Shown here piece by piece: positions 1 through 7,679 of a stretch of DNA of 64,000 bases. The stretch is from IMG/VR virus record IMGVR_UViG_3300027131_000001. The stretch is one strand, 5' to 3'. Below the pieces are notes generated by a model. That model saw nothing but the letters and a program-made list of their open reading frames with translations, was not told the DNA's origin and made no database searches. This DNA is from a virus. The stretch's first letter is position 1. Each line of letters opens with the position of its first letter. Position numbers and translations under genes: made by a program.

Positions 1-57
1 GGTAATTTCAAAACCAAAACGCATATCTTGTGCTGCTGGAGTAGACCATTGTTTCAT
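1..57 (-). CDS. pqqA: PQQ precursor peptide PqqA (3' end runs off the window)
   Basis: Not in the ORF track. Minus-strand translation from ATG at 57 gives MKQWSTPAAQDMRFGFEIT..., matching the PqqA pattern W-x-x-P-x(4)-(L/M)R-x-GFE-(V/I)-T-x-Y. A GAGG RBS lies upstream; the Tyr of the ExxxY core would fall just outside the window. Confidence 0.88.
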   Translation of the reverse strand, partial: MKQWSTPAAQDMRFGFEIT

Positions 58-94
58 ATTATTTCCTCGAAAGCCGTTGCAAAAGTGCAACTGT

Positions 95-124
95 ATTATA
101 TATTACACAACTGGTCTGGTTCAA
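95..124 (-). promoter_or_regulatory. sigma70-type promoter for pqqA
   Basis: TTGAAC-N18-TATAAT on the minus strand, followed by a 5'UTR hairpin GTTGCA...TGCAAC. Confidence 0.55.
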
Positions 125-162
125 CTAGCGATTATCATTGATCTTCGTGCTGGTAATTATTC

Positions 163-428
163 ATGGTAGGTTATTCTGTTACGAGGAAACCTACCGAAAC
201 CCTAAGCAGTGTTTAGGCTGCTAATGCGAACTGTTCGTCGTTTGCGTTTACGTTTTTTGCTTGATTAACGGTCATCGCCTACCGTGCTGTCCACTTGTTT
301 ACTTGTTGCCCTGTCGAAACCAATTCAGGCCCATCAGAAGTATACTAACACCAATATACTTTTGGTGGACCTGCCGGCATCGAAGCCGGGTCCAGAACAC
401 TTTTCTCTTTGCTTCATACAGCAATAAC
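163..428 (-). ncRNA. ssrA: circularly permuted (two-piece) tmRNA, tag ANDEQFALAA
   Basis: The 3' acceptor piece (T-arm CCGGC-TTCGAT-GCCGG then CAGGTCCACCA ending at 363) precedes the 5' end GGGCCTGAATTGGTTTCGAC (starting at 332). The acceptor stem has the G3:U70 Ala identity pair. The intervening segment 333-362 forms a hairpin. Tag frame 245..213: GCA AAC GAC GAA CAG TTC GCA TTA GCA GCC TAA. Outer ends are approximate. Confidence 0.95.
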
Positions 429-431
429 TAA

Positions 432-438
432 TATTTAG
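432..438 (-). promoter_or_regulatory. T4-like late promoter (CTAAATA) upstream of tmRNA
   Basis: CTAAATA variant of TATAAATA a few nt before the acceptor piece. Confidence 0.5.
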
Positions 439-842
439 TCTGTTGCAATCTCAATATGACCAATTTTAATTATACCGTCCCAATCACGACCCTGGTCACT
501 ACGACCACCTGAGCAAACAAACGGAGTATCGAACTCGTGAATATGTCCACCATCAAGTGTGTTCAGATCGAGTATATTAATATCCGATACCAAGATACAT
601 CCAATTAAACCAGCATCTACGCCGTATTCGTTTTCAGCTTCGTCGTGGTAGCTACCATCACCCCACTTAGTATTGAATGATACGAACTTACGTCCGTCCT
701 TCAATTCAAATAGGCCTTCGTTGCATCCGTGATCGTCACGGTCTTTGAAGAAGAGGCCGCACACCTCGTCCCATTCTTCATGCATCACATAGCACAAATC
801 ACCAACCCAATACTTACCAGCAGGCAACCAATCTGTAATCAT
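435..842 (-). CDS. hypothetical phage protein
   Basis: 135-aa ORF with AAGGA RBS; motifs YWVGDLCYV and GVDAGLIG. Confidence 0.7.
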   Translation of the reverse strand: MITDWLPAGKYWVGDLCYVMHEEWDEVCGLFFKDRDDHGCNEGLFELKDGRKFVSFNTKWGDGSYHDEAENEYGVDAGLIGCILVSDINILDLNTLDGGHIHEFDTPFVCSGGRSDQGRDWDGIIKIGHIEIATD

Positions 843-853
843 AATATATCCTT

Positions 854-881
854 AAAAGAAGGGAGCGGCTTTCGCCGCCCC
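854..881 (-). terminator. intrinsic terminator
   Basis: GGGGCGGC-GAAA-GCCGCTCC hairpin followed by CTTCTTTT. Confidence 0.8.
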
Positions 882-887
882 GGTTGA

Positions 888-1865
888 TCAAGCCACCTCA
901 GCCATTTCGACTGCAGTTTCAAGGGCTTTCACTTTCAACGCTTTGTTCGGACCGTACCAAGCAGAAGCCAAACGACCTTCTTGAGTACGACCAAGGTGAT
1001 GGTCAGTTAAGTAAGTCACAGCATTGAATGCAGACCACCATGAACCCTCAGCATACTTGGCTCCTGGTTGTGTTTCAAGAGCCATCATAGCCAGAGTTGC
1101 AGATTGTGACATCTCTTTCTTAACTTTCGTATCTTCATTCTTAGAACGACCGTAGGCATTAACAGGAAAGATACGGTTAAAGTAGTCCTTAACTGACTCT
1201 TCCTTGAACTTCTTGGAACCCAAAAACTTAGCCATCTCTTTATACTTGGCTAGTTTATCAGATGCAATACCTAAAGTCTCTTTGACAGAGTCGCCGTTGA
1301 AAGTAGTACGGTGTGATACTTTAACACCGTTGTTAGCCTTAACAGACAACGAAAGTGTCAATGTGTTGTTGCATACCACACGAATAGGTGTAAAGCGTAC
1401 ATCGATCGATTGACCAAACTTGTGTGGAAGAGTAAACAGCAAATAGCTATCAACAACATCACCACCAAACAACTCAAACGATTCTTTCACCTTAGCAAGA
1501 GCCCATACAATCTGACCATCGCGAAGAGATCCAGCAGTATGCATTGCCATGTCACCAGATACTACGAAATCGTTAAAGAACTCAAAAGCATCATGATTCT
1601 GCAACGGATTCCAGTCTTTAGATACAACATCAAGAATTGAGTTGTCTGAGCTACGAACTAGCGCATCTTTGCCAGTGTAGATTTGCTTGCCATCAATCTT
1701 GGCAAAAGTAGGGATCTTTTCCACAGTCCAGTCAAGGTCTGCAGCTTCCAACATCTGAGCAGGAGAGAGATCAGCAGGAACTGCCTTACCGAGACCGTGC
1801 CAAGGAGTTTCACCAGAGTAGGCCATGCTTGCTTTACCGTTTATAACTTCAACTAAGTGAGACAT
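888..1865 (-). CDS. DUF932-family phage/plasmid protein
   Basis: PWHGLG, AGSLRDG, TPIRVVCNNTL and WSAFNAVT motifs. Confidence 0.85.
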   Translation of the reverse strand: MSHLVEVINGKASMAYSGETPWHGLGKAVPADLSPAQMLEAADLDWTVEKIPTFAKIDGKQIYTGKDALVRSSDNSILDVVSKDWNPLQNHDAFEFFNDFVVSGDMAMHTAGSLRDGQIVWALAKVKESFELFGGDVVDSYLLFTLPHKFGQSIDVRFTPIRVVCNNTLTLSLSVKANNGVKVSHRTTFNGDSVKETLGIASDKLAKYKEMAKFLGSKKFKEESVKDYFNRIFPVNAYGRSKNEDTKVKKEMSQSATLAMMALETQPGAKYAEGSWWSAFNAVTYLTDHHLGRTQEGRLASAWYGPNKALKVKALETAVEMAEVA

Positions 1866-1910
1866 TTTTCATTTCCTTTAAAAAGAGGGTTTCAACTAAC
1901 TAACACCTCT

Positions 1911-1939
1911 ATTATATACCTCAAATCGTTTGAAGTCAA
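1911..1939 (-). promoter_or_regulatory. sigma70 early promoter
   Basis: TTGACT-N17-TATAAT directly upstream of the DUF932 gene. Confidence 0.8.
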
Positions 1940-1971
1940 CAGGCAGTTTAAAACCCGCAAATTCGGGGGTT

Positions 1972-2535
1972 TTAAAAGTCCAACTTGAGCTCAGATTCTG
2001 CAATTTTGCCCATTGAGAACAAAATTAACTGGTTGGTCAAGCTAAAATTGCCGAGATGGAGAATTGGAATACCTCCAGCAGCACCCCATTCATCAATGTT
2101 ACTTGGCTTATCATCAATTAAAATGTCGCCTGGACGTGCCCAGTGTTGTTTATCTTTGCTGTATGGGCCAAAATTGACAACTGTTTCAGGGAAATACTTG
2201 TTGATCCAGTCGATTTTATCTTGTTTTGCAGAAGGCATTGTCGTTTGACGCGGAATTGCCGACAAAAACTCGACATTTACCTCTGATTCGAAGCTTTTGC
2301 ACAGCTCAACCATCTCAACAGAACTCTCAATCAATGGTAGTTGAGTATACAAATTAGGGATATTAGACAAAATATCCCATTCTTTGGCGTTCAAATCGTG
2401 TTGATCCCATCCAATTTGGCGACCAAGTAAGTTTGAAACGTATAAATTGAAGTCAGCAACAACCCCGTCCATATCAATATAGATTGTTCTACGTTTTTTG
2501 GTCAAACTCTTCTTTAATTCTTGAATATGCTTCAT
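1972..2535 (-). CDS. 5'(3')-deoxyribonucleotidase (NT5C-like HAD)
   Basis: IYIDMDGVVADF motif I and ILIDD motif IV. Confidence 0.85.
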   Translation of the reverse strand: MKHIQELKKSLTKKRRTIYIDMDGVVADFNLYVSNLLGRQIGWDQHDLNAKEWDILSNIPNLYTQLPLIESSVEMVELCKSFESEVNVEFLSAIPRQTTMPSAKQDKIDWINKYFPETVVNFGPYSKDKQHWARPGDILIDDKPSNIDEWGAAGGIPILHLGNFSLTNQLILFSMGKIAESELKLDF

Positions 2536-2680
2536 CTAAATTTTCACTTGCTTTAGTTATTTCCAGACATCTAGCAACAACAAACTCGCCAAACTTGTCA
2601 TAGGCCCTGTCATTAGGCGGAAATAGCTGGACTGGATGAGTTACTGCCTTCAATGCTAGTTCCGCAAATCTTTTTTTCAT
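2489..2680 (-). CDS. small phage protein, KFAELI-x-x-EC family
   Basis: DKFGEFVVARC resembles 7927..8268 and 8776..9189. Confidence 0.55.
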   Translation of the reverse strand: MKKRFAELALKAVTHPVQLFPPNDRAYDKFGEFVVARCLEITKASENLDEAYSRIKEEFDQKT

Positions 2681-2876
2681 GCTTGACCCTTACTTTTTTA
2701 GGACGAGAAAGAAATTCATTAACAAATTCTTTGCGCGCAAATTCCATTGCTATTTCTTCTGGAAAACCGGGATACCTGGAATTAGGATCCCTTGTCTTAT
2801 CTAGCATCCATTTATTATAGTGGTCCATCTTTCGCTGAATAAATGCACGGTCTTTAATCATCACGATTACCTTCAA
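2613..2876 (-). CDS. hypothetical protein with HYNxW...YPGFPE domain
   Basis: Shares its N-terminal motif with 10432..10863. Confidence 0.6.
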   Translation of the reverse strand: MKVIVMIKDRAFIQRKMDHYNKWMLDKTRDPNSRYPGFPEEIAMEFARKEFVNEFLSRPKKVRVKHEKKICGTSIEGSNSSSPAISA

Positions 2877-3069
2877 ATAAGAATGTCAAGAGTTTTTGTT
2901 CTGCTTCTTCGTATGAGTCAGCAAGGACTTGAGCAACGACAACATTACCAGTTATTTCCAAGTCAAACGGTATCTTACCATTAAATTGAATAGGTTCATA
3001 CAGCTCAACAACAACCTCGTGGTAGGTTAGTTGTTTAATTCTGTTAATGATGTCAGCTATATCACTCAT
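2854..3069 (-). CDS. hypothetical protein
   Basis: ORF overlapping its neighbours' start/stop codons. Confidence 0.6.
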   Translation of the reverse strand: MSDIADIINRIKQLTYHEVVVELYEPIQFNGKIPFDLEITGNVVVAQVLADSYEEAEQKLLTFLFEGNRDD

Positions 3070-3494
3070 CCTTCAAGCGCAACACGTCTCCATGTATCAC
3101 CTATCTTAATCCATAAACGGTCATCTCTACCAACTGATAAGGTTACTTTGTTATCTGTTTCTTTATGACCACTAGTTAATATAGGTGGATAAAAAGATCC
3201 GGTAACTGTATATCCGTTAATATTATAACCACCAACAGGAGCAGGTTGAGGAGGAGGAGGGGGCGGAGGCGGAATGTTGTCTGCAGTTAGTTGCAGAGTT
3301 GTTTTGCCTAGTGGTGCGAGATGGGCAATGTCTTCAATAGGTCCGACATCACGTTTAACATCAGCAGCAGAGCCAATAGGAGTGGGAGAGGGAGTATTGG
3401 CGAACGAATTTTGTGAAGCCAAAAAGCCGCCTGCAGCAGCGCTAAGCAAACCAAACCCTTTAAGAAAACCACGTCTAGCATTTGTATTCTCCAT
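3066..3494 (-). CDS. twin-arginine (Tat) signal-bearing proline-rich protein
   Basis: N-terminus NARRGFLKGFGLLSAAAGGFLASQNSFA (RRxFLK plus h-region plus SFA cleavage site); run of 8 prolines. Confidence 0.75.
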   Translation of the reverse strand: MENTNARRGFLKGFGLLSAAAGGFLASQNSFANTPSPTPIGSAADVKRDVGPIEDIAHLAPLGKTTLQLTADNIPPPPPPPPQPAPVGGYNINGYTVTGSFYPPILTSGHKETDNKVTLSVGRDDRLWIKIGDTWRRVALEG

Positions 3495-3497
3495 TTT

Positions 3498-3692
3498 TTA
3501 ACGTCCACATACAGCTTGGATCTCTACAGCAGTCATACCTTTTTCAATAGCTGCTTTCTTGCACTCCATCTGCTGTGTGCCACTATATGTAACAGCACCA
3601 AACATCATTGCAAAAAACACAATAAATCCAACTACAGCAACTAAAACATCCATGTCTACATTTCTCATAATATACTCCTTGGTTAAAATCAA
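3498..3692 (-). CDS. small membrane protein
   Basis: Single hydrophobic helix, two Cys in the C-terminal part. Confidence 0.6.
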   Translation of the reverse strand: MILTKEYIMRNVDMDVLVAVVGFIVFFAMMFGAVTYSGTQQMECKKAAIEKGMTAVEIQAVCGR

Positions 3693-3934
3693 TTGTGGTT
3701 ATCGTAGTTTGAGTCACCAGGAGGAACTATTTTTAGTTTCTCTCTGTACGCAAGATAATCTGATGGTGGCATGTAATAAGCGAGTAGAGTGAACGCAGCT
3801 TCAACCAAAGAATGGTCGCCGTTCCAGTTAAGTTCAACTGCTTCTTGCAGCTCATTAATTACAATCTGGTCTACTTGCTCGTAACTAAGCTCATACTGTT
3901 TGTAATTCATCAAGATCCTCCAGTACCAAAACAA
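3689..3934 (-). CDS. hypothetical protein
   Basis: ORF in a tight operon; true start probably MNYKQY. Confidence 0.55.
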   Translation of the reverse strand: MFWYWRILMNYKQYELSYEQVDQIVINELQEAVELNWNGDHSLVEAAFTLLAYYMPPSDYLAYREKLKIVPPGDSNYDNHN

Positions 3935-4155
3935 TGAAACATGAGGTAGTGTACTACTTTATCCTGGTCAACGTCAACTGGGCATTTATCATCAAATGCT
4001 TTGTTTGGTGAGTTCCACCACCTCTCAATTAGCGCATCGGATCCCAACATACCCATTAGCATTCCGTTTGCAGACGGCGGTGCTTCTTGCATCCACTTCA
4101 TTATTTCACGTTTTCTCATTGGTAGTTTAATCATAAAGTTATTTTTTGTTACCAA
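3910..4155 (-). CDS. Xre/MbcA/ParS antitoxin C-terminal-like (DUF2384-like) protein
   Basis: ALIERWWNSPNKAFDDKCPVDV resembles the W-x-x-x-PN-x-A-(L/F)-x-x-x-x-P signature. Confidence 0.55.
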   Translation of the reverse strand: MVTKNNFMIKLPMRKREIMKWMQEAPPSANGMLMGMLGSDALIERWWNSPNKAFDDKCPVDVDQDKVVHYLMFHCFGTGGS

Positions 4156-4220
4156 GCTCTATCCATACAAAGCAAGCAACAATCAGTATGCAAAGAATCA
4201 AATCAATTATTAGGACAATA

Positions 4221-6504
4221 TCAAGACTGCTCATCTTCATCCACTATAGATCTTACAAAAATTAATTCAGTAGCGCGTCTACCTAACTCATTATCAAATA
4301 TATCTTTTGCTCGGTGCAACATTGCACAGGCAATCATAAGAAGGTCATTTCTATCATCAGTCATCATGATTTGTTTATCGATAGGCCCCATCAACTCTCT
4401 CATTCGCTCTGCGACACCGTCATTTGATTTTTTTCTTGAAATTGCCATTGTTATTCTTTCAGATGTAAGCAATCTATTGGTTCAGCATATTGCATTGCTC
4501 TGCTATGTAGTGAGTCCCAAACATCAGGCTCACCCCAGAATAAAAAGAACAAAAGAAGAATAGCTAATATTTCAAAAAACACGTTCATAATTTAAAGTAC
4601 TCTATAAAGAACTTGGTCCATTTCTTTTGTTCTGGAGTGTGAGCTAAACTGTACAAATCGTCAATCATTTTTTGACGGGCGTACAGTTGCGGCCAGTATT
4701 CAGCCCAAATCCCCCAACCTGTAAGTACAATACAGGCAGTGACGGATGATATGAAGATTGCAGCATATATGAAATCACGTAATAATATAATCAGTGCCAG
4801 AACGGCAAAAGAACCAAAAAAAGAACCAATAATAATGAGTGCTGTTTTTTTCTTTGCCTGCTCTGGTGTCATTTACGGTTTAGTTGATAATGGGAATGGC
4901 CAATCGGCATTTGCTTTCAAAACATCATCATCTATCTCGTCTAACTCATCTACTACAGGTTCATCATTGTAGTGATCGTGTAAGTAGTCATCGAGTTCAG
5001 CTTCGTGATCTACAATATCAACTGAACCTTCAAAATGAAATCCAACAGCGCGCAAGAAACGAGTGAACGTTTCTAATGCATCGACCAAAGATGCATGCTC
5101 ATGTAATTCCATAGAGATTGATTCAATTTGAGAACCATATTCATTATTATGAATGTGAGTGAATTTCATAATTATTTCCTTTATTATTTATCTTCGTTTT
5201 CCATTGCCGTAATTACTAGATCTGCAAACCTCATGCAAAACACACTAAACCACAGCTCGCTTAAAACATCATCTGGTGCACCAGCTTCAATCGCTATTGC
5301 TTTAAGATCTTCATTCATCGACTAACCCTCAATTCTGCATCTGGATTATCCCGGCATGCGTAATAATATTTGTATACAAAGTTACAGAGCCCATCATAGC
5401 TCCCCCAACCGTTTGGTGGATTATGATTCTTAAACTTTTCTGGATCAGCTATCAATATATTCCAACCTTCATACAGTAGCTCAGAAATGTCTCTTGCAAA
5501 CTTTAACCCATGATCCTCAGGTCTCCACAGGACCTCGTATAGTGTTAGTCCGTTAGACAGAACAACTTCAACTGCCATAGCATTGAGGTTGTGTGTAATG
5601 TTTCCGCTATAAACGGATACAGGTTGCGTCACCATTAAATCAACATCAAGACTCATTCTTCCCTCGCGTGTTCATCGCAAGCAGTATAAAACCATCCCTT
5701 GCCACGAAACTTGCCTGGTTTACCGCATGTCTCACAAACACGGCAAGACATATGCTCAGCCATCCAAACCATACCAGTGATAAGGTCGTCAGATCCATTT
5801 GTATAGAAACGAAGAGATCCAAACTTCTCCTTTACTTGTGAGACAGTAATCTGCGGTATGTTATTGCTATCAATGTATCCTTGAATAGATCCGCAAAGAA
5901 TTTCAATTAAATCATACCAGCCATCCCCAACATCGAACCCCCAGCACATTGCAGTCTCAGTCATAGGACTGTTACGATCAGCAAATAGCTTGGGATACTT
6001 TTCACATAGTTGCTTGTCTAGTTCTTCTCTCATAGCTTTGTTCCAAATTCTATAAGCAAAATTATTGCCATTGCAAGTATATTCATATCAACTCCAAGTT
6101 CTGTGTACTTCGGCAATGTGTTCCATGCCGTCATATTCTTCAATTGTGTATTCAACATCATCAGGTACATCAACAACAGTTAACTCAGCAAATTGACTAC
6201 TGGCAGCATCGCCCAATTCTTCAATTGCCTGAATCAGTGCTGGGTCATTGCGGGCAACCTCTCCATCATAGAAAACTTGTTTGGAGTATGCCTCATTGTA
6301 TTCCCGACGTTCTTCCATTGGAAGTTTATAAAAATCAGCACCTTCTTTGGGCTCCAAACGATCTTCCGGTGGGACTACCCAGTACGTCCAGTAATATTCT
6401 TTCCGATCTGGATATACAGTCATGCCTTTGATTTCGCAGTATCGCAGGACTGCTTCGTGGCTCAGGCCAAAGCCACCAAAACAACGATTAATTGCAACTT
6501 TCAT
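4221..6504 (-). CDS. cluster of short hypothetical early proteins (4221-4472, 4585-4872 membrane, 4873-5169, 5315-5656, 5653-6033, 6088-6504)
   Basis: Tightly packed same-strand ORFs; QVKEKFGSLRFY (5653) and INRCFGGFGLS...IEEYDGMEH (6088) are recurrent phage hypothetical motifs. Confidence 0.7.
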
Positions 6505-6512
6505 ATTGTACC

Positions 6513-7655
6513 TCAGAATGCATCAAAGTTAAACGGGGCAGCGTCTGATTCTTTCAACAGAACCATTGTAACACCGTCCTTCTCAAAGATAAACTGGCCA
6601 GTTCTGTTATTGTACTTAACCAGATCTTTTTGATTGAATGTTTTATCACACCATCCAATATCTTCTTCTTTATCATCACTATCATCGTAGTTGGCCAGAG
6701 TAACAGGTTCAACGTGCGGTGCAACTGGTGAATCTATGCTAGTCCTTTTCTTTGATGTACCAAAGTAGTAGCTAACATCGATTGTCGAAGAAAGAGGAGC
6801 ACCGTTATACACTTGTGGACCAACACGTTCAGCTTTACGGCCGCCTTTATAGATTTCCACCTTGTAATCAGTCATTCCGTCAAACTCGGCTCTGACGTTC
6901 AGGATCCGCAATGCTTGCTGAGGAGTCTCGTTGTAGTGGTTCATTTCCTCAATCAATGCTTTCAGCATATCAAAGTTAAACGCATAGAACACAGACGAAA
7001 CGTTGATGATTGTTTCAATTGTTTTTGAGTCTGGTGTTTTCAGATTGTCGTTGCAATACTCACGAATAAAGTCTTGGTCTAACCCTTTGAAGTCGATCAT
7101 GTATAAGATACGGCCTGGACGGTTACGCATATGAGAATCAACACGCCACTTATCGTTACTAGTCAGCATGAACAATTTCTTGGTCGAATAGATTCCGTCC
7201 AGCAATGTCAGCAATGCTTCTTGTTCTTCTGTATCGTATACCTTTTCAAATTCATCAAACATGACAATGCAGGGCTGTTCAATAGATTGAATCAATGTAT
7301 TGAACTTGTCTCCGTGCCACGGTGCATTAATAACAATAGTCGGTACAGATTGCTTTGCTAGTTCAACACAAATGTTTTTACTCAGCAATGTTTTGCCGGA
7401 ACCCTTCTCACCAACAAGCATCACACCTGTTGACTTATCACGGTTCCAAAAGCTACTGATGATCCGTTCCGTATTGCGAATAGTATCGCCGTACATCTTT
7501 GCAGGGATATCGAAGTCTTCAATTTGTTCAATAAAGAAGTTCTCAAACGGATCTTGCTTGACGACATAGTTACCGGCAGGCAATTGATCGTGCAAGTCCA
7601 TTGATTGTTTAGTAGCAATACGGAATGTATTGCCAGATTTCATGTAATAGCTCAT
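6513..7655 (-). CDS. AAA+ ATPase
   Basis: Walker A GEKGSGKT, Walker B VMFDEFEK, LLTLLDG and RPGR. Confidence 0.9.
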   Translation of the reverse strand: MSYYMKSGNTFRIATKQSMDLHDQLPAGNYVVKQDPFENFFIEQIEDFDIPAKMYGDTIRNTERIISSFWNRDKSTGVMLVGEKGSGKTLLSKNICVELAKQSVPTIVINAPWHGDKFNTLIQSIEQPCIVMFDEFEKVYDTEEQEALLTLLDGIYSTKKLFMLTSNDKWRVDSHMRNRPGRILYMIDFKGLDQDFIREYCNDNLKTPDSKTIETIINVSSVFYAFNFDMLKALIEEMNHYNETPQQALRILNVRAEFDGMTDYKVEIYKGGRKAERVGPQVYNGAPLSSTIDVSYYFGTSKKRTSIDSPVAPHVEPVTLANYDDSDDKEEDIGWCDKTFNQKDLVKYNNRTGQFIFEKDGVTMVLLKESDAAPFNFDAF

Positions 7656-7679
7656 TATATAATCCTGTGTGTTGTTTGT

